Notes under the pieces: model-generated
What the model was told of the DNA's origin: nothing
Database searches by the model: none
What the model saw: the letters and a program-made list of their open reading frames with translations, nothing else
Position numbers and translations under genes: made by a program
DNA from: Puniceicoccaceae bacterium
GTDB taxonomy: Bacteria; Verrucomicrobiota; Verrucomicrobiia; Opitutales; Oceanipulchritudinaceae
Assembly (NCBI GenBank): GCA_040830765.1
Contig: JBFOMH010000006.1
Span: 1-64,000, forward strand
Direction of reading: 5' to 3'
DNA length: 64,000 nucleotides
Shown here: positions 12,001 to 17,144 of the stretch, in pieces
Position numbering within the stretch: position 1 is the stretch's first letter
Layout of the letters: each line of letters begins with the position of its first letter

Positions 12001-13742
12001 GCCGGGATATCTTTATCGATACCTCCGTGCCCGATGAGGTCTACATCCGCTGGGAAGCAAGGGCCATCGGAGGCAGTGAGCTCGTCCAGTTTGCGATTCT
12101 CCTGAAGGCGGATGGCAGCATCCGGCTTGACTATGGACAGGTGGTGGCCGGACTGGATCCACTGGTTGGACTCTCTTACGGCAACGGGATCGATTTTGAA
12201 CTCATTGAGGGCTACAATGGTGCTGAGGACTTGTCCAGTGCCCCATCAGTGACTATCACACGCCAGCCGGGCATTACAGATATCGGCGCCTATGAATTCA
12301 AGGGGAACAGCCTTGATTCTGATGCCCCGGTAACCATCGGTACTGAGCCGCTGGCGATTGAAAACGGAGGAACTTATTCCGGTTTCCTTGAGAACATCGT
12401 GGTCGTTCTCAGCGAGGCACCGGACTCCATCGATGTCAGCAGTCCGGCGACCTATGAACTGATCCTCGATTCCGACGGGGACGAGCTCTTCACCGATGCC
12501 GATACCTTCTACGACTTGATTCCCATTTATGATCCACAGACCAATTCGGTTAACCTGATCATTGAGGAGGGCCCATTGCCAGACGGCGATTACCGGTTCC
12601 GTATTCAGGCCGGTAACCTGCGTGATGTCTCCGGCAATCCGCTCGATGGTGACGGCGACGGCGAGGCCGGGGGCGATTACCTGCGGCAGTTTATTGTCCG
12701 TCAGCCGGTCCTGCCGGAGTTCACCAGTGCCGATATAGCCGAGACAATAATCAATGAACCATTCAACTTCCAGGTTACCGCAACCGAATCGCCCTTCCTT
12801 TTCGCTGCCACCGGGCTTCCTCAAGGTATGTCCATCGATGCCGGGACCGGCCTCATCTCAGGAACACCGACCGTCTCGGGCGAATTCAGTGTCATTCTCA
12901 GTGCCACCAACGGTGACGGTGTGGCCGAGATGACACTTGAACTCAATGTCCTGCCGGTTCCGCAAATTCTGGATACTGTAATCAACAACGGCGATTCCCA
13001 GCGTTCCATGGTCACCCGGATTGAAATCAAGGTCGACAGCGACATCAGCGGCAGCCTTCTTGCGGAGGACATCAGCTTCCTCGACCTCGTGACTGATACA
13101 TACCTCGCGACTGAGTCCATCCAGGTCAACTGGAGCTTCCTGACCAGGACCATTACCATTACCTTCCCGGGCCTTGCGGGTGGTAGCCTTCCAGATGGGG
13201 ATTATGTCCTCGAAATCCTCTCGGGGACCCTCTCAGCCAATGACATCCTGCTCGATGGTGACGGGGATGGTGTCCAGGGAGGCAAGTTCACCTTCAGTTT
13301 CCATCGTCTCTTCGGGGACCTCTCCGGAAACCGGACCGTCGATGTATCCGACAGCTTCCAGTTCCGGGCCAGCTACAACAGTGAAATCGGGCAAGTCGCC
13401 TATCAGGCCGGCTTCGACTATAACAGCGATGGCCTCATCGATGCCTCGGATGGAATCCTTTTCACCCAGAATCTCCGTACCAGTCTTGATTCCGTTGTGG
13501 ATGCATCTGCTGAATCCGATGAGACTCCCCTCATCAACAACGAGCCTGCCTCCGTCAGTAGTGGCAGCAGTGGCCGCTATTGGAGCTCCTATGGCCTTTT
13601 CCGCACCGGCGACCGACTCTTCAGTTCCATGACAACCAGCCCCGCATACGGCATCCTCCACGCTTCCATTTATTGGCACGGCACAGACGAACCCTTCTGG
13701 CACCAACTGCTGGACGATGAGGAGGAGAATTGGATTTTCTGA
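3..13742 (+). CDS. Giant surface protein, 5'-partial: PPC-like domain, five right-handed beta-helix (PbH1/NosD-like) modules, two malectin-like domains, NIDO-like, Ig-like/He_PIG domains, C-terminal dockerin-like domain
   Basis: Frame 3 is open from base 3 (PDRLEQFEDSRPNNDVRPFAADLGIAPGVHLRGAS...) into the 4487-aa ORF, so ATG 279 is internal. Repeated (Y/F)Y(V/L)N...G.N module starts at about 383, 3180, 5195, 7615, 10050. Malectin-like segments at about 6930-7375 and 9345-9790. Paired Ca-loop motifs GDLSGNRTVDVSD (13314) and DYNSDGLIDASD (13416). Confidence 0.9.
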   Translation, partial: PDRLEQFEDSRPNNDVRPFAADLGIAPGVHLRGASISTPGDVDYYRFELIKPEILELLLTGHSDFALTLYDASGLVVGAKPAGSERKRLVTGMLPAGVYYVGIDAPDSEAFDPYELDINPGTGSSTRVFYLNSPSALPPDVHSFYSLAPGDDSYTDAGLDPNRPAATIERIISLHNPSPDDIILFDTGTYTDALSLSGAPAGMTLGGAPNERFEDLDPAVVFGSYMQGSGSNPGGSIVTTQNLTLARFIFADSDTGLKVTQSDNFSGVGLAFENNVLGLDIIESDFASISDSFFSGPGELNTGLQVANSTGFTATDNEMVLLDTGMALVNTNDASVEGLETGEVENVILAEGGSGLSITGLDLEGAEVTQTDLGISLYNGSGQTAISVTQHSNLSISNADIYRYGLGMRLIGVSGGTVSGIYTEEVDSSLIGYGLSDLGINSSVLVGSEGNYAVLIGQSGNQASPSNNVSITQSMLGVTPQEAGLQEPVQITALIQDVGGLTIDNVTLHGHLEVLNSTNLTVTNNFVYNGSLHFKESGNLTLTDNQIHADSGADVARVRMELVSGATVERNFIEKITLDEGEEVTGKLPGIGLELVSSDTITIENNIITRIETGLQVSGTLEAPASNTTVELNSFTTGTTGIFLVDTYTSALAFLNNAVDDYTDTGIHAVGAAEFTSNRVENSGTGIRYEADVPSLFSNIVENNGIGMTGGGYLGNDDRSASRFNFVTLNGTGILAEGDQQVGFNYVWENGIGLQVTGNNVTAHHNIVHRNTDIDVQVTGASGTALWNNTVYSTGTYAVHLTGDSANTDLRNNIVWNDGGGTVLGVDFRSGDGITSDYNTWYASGGAVLFEWIKTFDDILDWQIELGLDLNSLGNTRIDPTLDEPAFVDLANNNFEIVDLTSRSINSGDPSFDFSNEPGPDGGPNGLRINQGAFGDTALAALSASAYIRVLAPNYYLDYTPELAKRIIWEFFNATGNVSLELIEDGVGKVADIAIVTVGNVPDQVFDQPASHGSYLWSPQMNSIAGDNDKRYFIRVTSADDNNLVDENREPFSIPVTSNAFYVNDASTAGDKLTTAMGDNRYTGKLPSTPKAILPAILQNYFLAANQTVSVDTGYYLHLRDILISSADELGNNEAFTLTGPAGDPSQVLFDRSDEREGSSGLLLDDASFVTIRNLSLTGGYRGIEARNFSTFLALENLQLDGHTGIQVHIHDGSERATLDNLHLLNGGGDGLVVDTLLQYLTNSTIDNHQGTGVYLTNTGNTLVQGNIIRNSQDDGLYVNNTVGSTETLIGHDDLSLGLGNILEDNRGTQLYARGNTKVVGNAVTHTDGGVSDGTGIGIYLRGVDGLNNVVGGHSTGIYATTGAIIEGNRIYNNTLRAIGLNANAASVERNVIYSSTRGIEDLTGQFTGGAVIRNNLILDFTEFAYKTTFTSGYVFENNTVYSVLGDGLVIRSSTGGTVVNNIFHLENGTAIDLDFSSQVDLASDYNIFDMAGTASVGTWAGGSRTSLQDWRNAAFLDGNSLAIDPLFIDVDGADNKLGYASPEEDGRDDNFHLQSTEGSIRNGSLAPVIDAGSGLPVVLQSFRVTDASQSPGIDRGDATYSFDLEPSPNGNFINIGAFGNTELASLSPVAYVLVTSPNGGETWPIEQTFTIEWRSQDFNGSVDILLMQEGNPTPVATIASATENDGSYDWALTNSLTPAENYRIEVVRNDDPSVSGQSLNVFAISEPISFYYVNDDLVEAGNYTSAPGDNANDGLSPATPKASIRAILDTYDLGEGDVILVDAGTYAVTTNIFIEAEDSMVTIRGFKAPDSSDLLTVLDRGNPASGSYVFELTGVDGLTIEWITFTGAHRGIYAGVDQATNLTVSESHFIHNENAGIFLDGGNRGFLAEGNYFKGSGILSSGQGRQTSGIFYEGWEAEIRGNLFERNYGEAIYLDPDNTSEPMEFLVEGNTIDAFRNGIVLGPSARDALIQDNTVYNSEVEGIDARGARTIVTNNTVYDNNVGINVIFGAMAIENVEVRNNTTGISVGRDSSAIRNVVYDNTQGIYGNNAATYEDNVAYGNGTGFRWNYNTLVFGNVAYNNARGFHADGYIGSNSQWRASMYNNLAYGNTEYAMKAERTVGSPQITNNTFVQAGVDSTAVILDFAPNIRFTNNIVVIDAGQAMSVFINSQPGFTADYNLYHLTGGASAFLWGELPLYTQLDWFYNVGADAHSLFTDPLFVDPLGGNYHLAPDSPAIDAGNPDTHYQLEPEPAGGRVNLGAYGNTSEATVSPAQTIQILNPVGLDKLLEGQPSTMEFITSGFLDSQQVAWYNTGNTGVGSWIRLPGATGVAQENISASTAIDLSNVENPAPEEVYRLNWRTASGVGQSMDLVIDLLPGDYRLRMHFIDTTTSANDIFDVEVNGQLVLDDYSVFAAAGGRYIAIVEEVDVTIGEEGKAVITITSGNRYGRIAAVEALRLYGSGSAEPPFNVAVSFDSGGNFTSLASGVTVDSRGIATVDWTPFASTSGRTAQLIVASVDTPSVTGLSQLFLVANDGNSYYVNDGSLSNDVYTTAIGNNANSGKSPDSPMASLEALLTVYSPLPGDTIYIDSGTYNLTRNIVLTAEESGITIKGAFDPDNDGAESVFDRNNQANGAYGIEIAGASGITIEHLTITDAYAGIFAANEAAQDLTILNSKFIFNEEFGVSIGSGNLNFLAEGNFFAGDGTFNVNPQDIGLFYGGNIGVIRDNTFVNNYRVGLDVGSPSPNVEMNYLVEGNEASGSLYGIRADGWVNDALVRNNTVYENSTEGIVVNGNRSVVTGNIIHGNNIGIKVNAATAIANTEVYNNSIGIYVGTSGKAIDNIVRLNAEGIRVSAGAGYELVKGNLSYDNTNYGFRFNHSSHIVGNVAYGNRGGFYADDLGSNSQFRGIMHNNLSYGNSEFALLLENTRGVPKIYNNTFVQTDPAATAIILDRAANVFFQNNIIVARGATALTVPLNSQAGFDADYNVWDVDTSLAPFIWGDFTFSDQAEWYYGTSRGEHSVFADPVFVDPDNGDYHLKPGSPGIDAGDPEWGYEMEPIPAGGRLNAGAYGNTAEATTSPAQTITIIDPTFLAKPQQNSQTEIRFHTSGFLREQSVAFLNAGDDYIGGWLPLEDRSTGGAALERVIAVDTDGVINPAPQSVYHQYMRSSFGAGSRIDVPLELNPGEYVLRLHFAMVNGANAGLMDIEVDGVVAVAGYDIDFLAGGTGIAVVEEVAVTVDESGQVTVSFVSQENYAYINAIEVVRVDDTLAPEPLFDIDLSFDRGENFTSLATSIAVDSLGMASVPWIPEASTNGLDAVIRVTGLSQVLVPNQTPVEVSGFSTPFLVVNDGNRYYVNDSSTENDVFTKAAGNNLNSGKSPFSPMASLEALFLVHTPKAGDIVYVDTGTYLMTYNILLTEGNSGITIIGASDPENSAVETVLDRANLNSPSYIFEIDGADDLTIDSLTITKGYRGIMVYEGQGENLTIRNSRIISNVDAGVYVALYNPGLLIEGSHFEGAPGFNVPNRQEQGLETFSTDLIIRNSTFINHYFGAINLNDSNSSTPQALILDSHFEGGGSGNGIVNINEDYTVVLRSTFANGDYSGLYLQGANSVVRDSVAYGNDREGFNIRNNATAENNVAYNNTRGFYGNIGAKLLNNVSFNNTRGMFTNQGLAQGNRVYGNVEYGIGGYLDAQIIGNQVYSNDIGIRGFPFNAGFNLRPFTGRITDNLVYDNGTTGIHLEYGADFVQIINNSVYQPAGNALYLRETTSAYIFNNILWVDAGFGINIDSTSLVEAVNINYNLFNLSPDPNARIGFLDETFLDNLADWQGSTNRDSQSIFGDPIFFDMSGADDVQAYRDVDGIFIDGGEDDNYHIQKLSPAIDRGHTWWTSKIDLEGDSRLDDPGVVDIGDDRYVIDFSEGSLFDGDRGIAQGWTVRWSKYTFDLPFEFTFFGDTHTQIEVSTYGNIAFPSSRASDTNHNIPTLLDWQLLAPFWADVTTDAVSGRDIFIDTSVPDEVYIRWEARAIGGSELVQFAILLKADGSIRLDYGQVVAGLDPLVGLSYGNGIDFELIEGYNGAEDLSSAPSVTITRQPGITDIGAYEFKGNSLDSDAPVTIGTEPLAIENGGTYSGFLENIVVVLSEAPDSIDVSSPATYELILDSDGDELFTDADTFYDLIPIYDPQTNSVNLIIEEGPLPDGDYRFRIQAGNLRDVSGNPLDGDGDGEAGGDYLRQFIVRQPVLPEFTSADIAETIINEPFNFQVTATESPFLFAATGLPQGMSIDAGTGLISGTPTVSGEFSVILSATNGDGVAEMTLELNVLPVPQILDTVINNGDSQRSMVTRIEIKVDSDISGSLLAEDISFLDLVTDTYLATESIQVNWSFLTRTITITFPGLAGGSLPDGDYVLEILSGTLSANDILLDGDGDGVQGGKFTFSFHRLFGDLSGNRTVDVSDSFQFRASYNSEIGQVAYQAGFDYNSDGLIDASDGILFTQNLRTSLDSVVDASAESDETPLINNEPASVSSGSSGRYWSSYGLFRTGDRLFSSMTTSPAYGILHASIYWHGTDEPFWHQLLDDEEENWIF

Positions 13743-13771
13743 TCATGCTTGGCATCCGCACCAGTCGAATT

Positions 13772-14497
13772 ATGCGCAATAGCCTGATGTTCATCATGCT
13801 GATCGTCAGCGCATTTTCGCTCCATGCGGTCACCCTGGAATTTGACCAGGCGACCTACAGCGCGCGCCCGGGTGATAGTTTTGACATAACCGTCCGCCTC
13901 AGTGAGCCCGTGCCCAACGGCCTCGCAGGCTATGCGCTCAAGCTGGGATTCTCCAGTGGCCTATTGGCCATCGACCAGATCCAGGTTGTTCCGCAACTCG
14001 ACTTTGACCTTTTCGAACCTGGCGCTGCCCGCAACGCCGGGGCTGATTTTGCCTCCGTAGCTGGGTTTACCGAGTTTGGCCAGCCTGCCTACAACGGGAC
14101 GGACTTTGTGACCTTCTCGGTGACACTGGCCAAGACAGCCCAGGAAGGGGAAGTCAGCCTCAATCTCGGTCCATTGCTGGCCAATGCGGTTAACTTTGTC
14201 GATGGACTGGGGAATCCGCTGGACGATACGCTCGTTCTCGGAACAGCTACCCTGGATATCCTGCCACCCTGGCCGGAGGAATTTTTGGACGACCTGCATG
14301 TCAGCATCGAAGGAAACCGGACCGTCCTCCGTTTCAGCGGTATTCCAGGGCGGATTTACAGGATTCTCTATTCCACGACCTTGCAGGACCGTTCATGGAT
14401 TCTCCTGCAGGATATCGAGGCTCCCGAAAGTGGGCTTGTCGAGGTGACGGATACCCTCGGGTCCGAAACCCGCTTCTACAACGTCACTTCCCCATAG
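13772..14497 (+). CDS. Secreted cohesin-like domain protein with a C-terminal Y.I..ST.L..W...FY domain
   Basis: Signal peptide MRNSLMFIMLIVSAFSLHA|VTLEF. Beta-sandwich pattern 'ARPGDSFDITVRL...GLAGYALKLGF...FVTFSVTL...NFVDGLGNPL' resembles cohesins. Start could instead be ATG 13745. Confidence 0.7.
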   Translation: MRNSLMFIMLIVSAFSLHAVTLEFDQATYSARPGDSFDITVRLSEPVPNGLAGYALKLGFSSGLLAIDQIQVVPQLDFDLFEPGAARNAGADFASVAGFTEFGQPAYNGTDFVTFSVTLAKTAQEGEVSLNLGPLLANAVNFVDGLGNPLDDTLVLGTATLDILPPWPEEFLDDLHVSIEGNRTVLRFSGIPGRIYRILYSTTLQDRSWILLQDIEAPESGLVEVTDTLGSETRFYNVTSP

Positions 14498-14521
14498 CCC
14501 TTCGTCCTTCAGCCTCATCCC

Positions 14522-14550
14522 TTGACACGCATCCAGCTTGCAGGGAAAAT
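14522..14550 (+). promoter_or_regulatory. Putative sigma70-type promoter of the ECF sigma gene
   Basis: TTGACA (14522-27), 17-nt spacer, GAAAAT (14545-50), then ATG at 14561. Confidence 0.45.
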
Positions 14551-14560
14551 CACCCCATCG

Positions 14561-15175
14561 ATGGGGAATGTGCTGGGCAAACCTGAACCGGACTACTCGG
14601 ATGCTGTGGTCAAGGCCGCCTGCAACGGCAGCAAGGAGGCATTCGGGGAATTGTTCCGGGCCCTCTATGGCCGCGTCCACCGGACTGTCTGGGCCATGCT
14701 TGGGGACGAGTCGGACGCCCATGATGTCGCCCAGGAAGCCTGGATCAAGGCATGGGAGAACAAGGAAAAGTACAACTTCCAGTCGCTCTATTCAACCTGG
14801 GTGCACCGCATCGCGGTCAATTGTGCCCTCGATGCCTTGCGGAGGCGCAAACGACTTTGGACCAAGCTCAAACGGTTTGGGATAAGGGACGAAGGACAAA
14901 AGACGAAAGATGGTACGGAATTAGCCGTCGCAAAGGAGTCATTTGACCTCAGTCCTTCGTCTTTAGTCCAAAACAAGGAACTTGGCCAGACCATCGAGGT
15001 CGCTGTCGCTGAGTTGCCGGAGGACCAGCGGACGGTGCTTGTCCTCAGGGAATATGAAGGGTACAGTTACGCGGAAATCGCAAAGTCCCTTGGTATCCAG
15101 CCAGGAACCGTCATGTCCCGCCTGCATCTCGCCAGAAAGAAACTTCAATCACGATTATCCAAGGAACTGTCATGA
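14561..15175 (+). CDS. ECF-type RNA polymerase sigma-70 factor
   Basis: Region 2 'DAHDVAQEAWIKAW...FQSLYSTWVHRIAVNCALDALRR' and region 4 'LPEDQRTVLVLREYEGYSYAEIAKSLGIQPGTVMSRLHLARKKL'. The ORF-track TTG at 14522 coincides with the -35 hexamer, so ATG 14561 is preferred. Confidence 0.93.
   Translation: MGNVLGKPEPDYSDAVVKAACNGSKEAFGELFRALYGRVHRTVWAMLGDESDAHDVAQEAWIKAWENKEKYNFQSLYSTWVHRIAVNCALDALRRRKRLWTKLKRFGIRDEGQKTKDGTELAVAKESFDLSPSSLVQNKELGQTIEVAVAELPEDQRTVLVLREYEGYSYAEIAKSLGIQPGTVMSRLHLARKKLQSRLSKELS
14884..14972. repeat. Heptamer tandem repeats (consensus RAAGGAC) in inverted arrangement inside the sigma factor gene
   Basis: aagggac-gaaggac-aaaagac-gaaagat (14884-14911) and the reverse-oriented gtccttc-gtcttta-gtccaaa (14952-14972). 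Confidence 0.65.
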
Positions 15176-15630
15176 AACTGCCCATACGCAATCTGATGAA
15201 TGTGCTAATCCTTGCCGGGATCTGCGGCCTGCTGGCTGCACCCGCTACCTCGGACGCCGCCAGCGAGCGGGTACAGGTTATCCTGGTGGAAGCCAGTAAT
15301 GGCGAGGGCGGGGTGGACAGCTCACTCCGGGCCTATGCCGGTACCTTGCAGCGACTCTTCAAGTTCAAGAGCTACAAGCAGCTCAGCCGCAACAGTCTGC
15401 GGCTGGATGTGCCCGGGGAGGGGAGTGTCAGCCTTGCCGGTGGGCAGAAACTGACCCTCAGGGCCTCTGATGGAAGCAAACGGGGTCTCATGGCCGAACT
15501 GACCTGGGCCCGGGGTTCCAAAAAACTCCTCCATACCCGGATCCAGTTGCGCTCCGGCAGCCCCGCTGTCCTAGGCGGACCCAGTACCGGTAGAGGCGGA
15601 ACCTACCTGCTCATCCTGGTGATGGATTAA
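15172..15630 (+). CDS. Exported hypothetical protein coupled to the ECF sigma gene
   Basis: ATGA overlap with the sigma stop codon; N-terminal signal peptide (VLILAGICGLLAAPATSDA). Confidence 0.8.
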   Translation: MKLPIRNLMNVLILAGICGLLAAPATSDAASERVQVILVEASNGEGGVDSSLRAYAGTLQRLFKFKSYKQLSRNSLRLDVPGEGSVSLAGGQKLTLRASDGSKRGLMAELTWARGSKKLLHTRIQLRSGSPAVLGGPSTGRGGTYLLILVMD

Positions 15631-15771
15631 AGGAGTACAGGCCTTTGGCCTGTACATGATCTACAGGCGGGACGCCTGTAGTCCATTCCGGGGACGCCCT
15701 TGTTAAAGGAGTAAAGGCCTCTGGCCTGTGCAAAAACTACAGGCAGGACGCCTGTAGTCCAATCCTGGACG
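15627..15771. repeat. Two tandem 76-bp units, each with two REP-like hairpins (BIME-like), between convergent genes
   Basis: Units start 'ttaaaggagta' at 15627 and 15703. Perfect hairpins GTACAGGCC-ttt-GGCCTGTAC (15635-55) and CTACAGGCG-gga-CGCCTGTAG (15661-81), with imperfect copies in unit 2. Confidence 0.85.
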
Positions 15772-15782
15772 TCAATCGTCCC

Positions 15783-17000
15783 TTAAAACGTATGCACAAA
15801 GAAACCCGACCGCAGTTTGGGCTCGAACCAGGTGCTCTTGGGAGCCATGATCTGGCCGGCGTCGGCGATGTCCATCAATTGCTGGATGGAGACGGCATAG
15901 ACCGAGAAGGCGATGGCGGCCTTGCCGGAATCGACCTGTTCCTTGAGGTAACTGGTTCCCCGGATACCACCGACAAAATCCACCCGGTCACTGGTGCGAA
16001 TATCCTCAATGCCGAGAATCGGCCCGAGTATCCGTTCCTGAAGCATGGAAACATCCAGACGGCTTACCGGATCAGCATCTGCCGCAGGCTCGAGGGATAT
16101 CCGGTACCATTTGCCACCAAGATAAAAGCGAAGGTCGCCTGCGGCTTCGGGTGTATCGGAATCGGCTTCCGTGACGGTTGCCACGGCGCCAATCTTCTCG
16201 AGACACTCATCGGTGCTGAGTCCGTTGAGATCAAAGACGAGCCGGTTGTAGGGAAGGATCTTCAGTTGGGTGTCGGGAAAGAGGACAGTGAGGAACCAGT
16301 TATAGTCCTCTTCACCGGTATGGTCAGGATTGGCCGCTTTGCGCTCCTGTCCGACCCGGGCGGCGGAGGCCGCCCTATGGTGGCCATCGGCCACGTAAGT
16401 GCAGGGGACCTTGGCAAAGACAAGGGATACGAGCTCAGGATCGCCGATCCGCCAAACAGTATGCTGGATACCATCATCAGTGGTCAGGTCATAGAGCGGT
16501 TGGCCGTGGGACGTCTCCTTCATCACCTCGGTCAGCTCTGGCACCTCCTTGTAGGTAAGAAAGACCGGTCCGGCATTTGCGCTCATTTCCGAGGTCAGGC
16601 GGGTGCGATCGTTCTCCTTGGTGACCCGGGTCTTCTCATGTTTCTTGATGAGGTCCTTTTCGTAATCGTCCGTGTGCGAAAGGGCGACAATGCCCTGCTG
16701 GACATGTTCGCCCCATTGCTGCTGATAAACGTACATTGTCGGAACCTCTTCCCGGACGAGGTGGCCCTGCGCCTGCAGGTTCTGGAAATTCTCCACCGCC
16801 CGGGTATAGACCGGATCCGAATAGGGGTCAGTGCCTTCCGGAAAATCAATCTCCGCCCGTACGACATGCAGGAAGCTCGATGGATTTCCTCCAGCAAGTT
16901 GCCTGGCTTCTTCAGTGGTGACTACATCATAGGGCAGCGAGACCACGTTGCTAACGGATTCCTGCGACGGTCGCAGGCCTTGGAAGGATCGGATGCGCAT
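15783..17000 (-). CDS. DUF1015 family protein
   Basis: Motifs 'SLPYDVV', 'IKKHEKT', 'YVADGHHRAASA', 'ILPYNRLV' and 'MAPKSTWFEPKLRSG'. Confidence 0.9.
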   Translation of the reverse strand: MRIRSFQGLRPSQESVSNVVSLPYDVVTTEEARQLAGGNPSSFLHVVRAEIDFPEGTDPYSDPVYTRAVENFQNLQAQGHLVREEVPTMYVYQQQWGEHVQQGIVALSHTDDYEKDLIKKHEKTRVTKENDRTRLTSEMSANAGPVFLTYKEVPELTEVMKETSHGQPLYDLTTDDGIQHTVWRIGDPELVSLVFAKVPCTYVADGHHRAASAARVGQERKAANPDHTGEEDYNWFLTVLFPDTQLKILPYNRLVFDLNGLSTDECLEKIGAVATVTEADSDTPEAAGDLRFYLGGKWYRISLEPAADADPVSRLDVSMLQERILGPILGIEDIRTSDRVDFVGGIRGTSYLKEQVDSGKAAIAFSVYAVSIQQLMDIADAGQIMAPKSTWFEPKLRSGFFVHTF

Positions 17001-17042
17001 GCCGCAAGAGAGAGCAGAATGAGCACGTCTGCGTCAATAAAA

Positions 17043-17139
17043 GAGTCGGCGCTTAAGCGCCTGTTGCGTCACAACCGGGCCTGAAGGCCCGACTCCTTTT
17101 ACCCGAGGCGTCACAACCGGGCCTTGAAGGCCCGACTCC
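17043..17139. repeat. REP-like palindromic repeats
   Basis: gcgtcacaacCGGGCCT(t)gaAGGCCCGactcc occurs at 17066-17096 and 17108-17139. A degenerate inverted copy gagtcggcgcttaagcgcc starts at 17043. Confidence 0.75.
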
Positions 17140-17144
17140 ATGAC

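Noticed and set aside
211..13706. Short alternative-frame and antisense ORFs inside the first giant gene
   Set aside because: Expected by-products of GC-rich codon bias; none shows family motifs.
15792..17084. 430-aa plus-strand ORF
   Set aside because: Antisense shadow of the well-conserved DUF1015 gene; no recognisable motifs.
15627..17139. Possible CRISPR arrays at the two intergenic repeat clusters
   Set aside because: Only two or three units each, no series of unique spacers of regular length, and no cas genes; they fit REP-like elements better.
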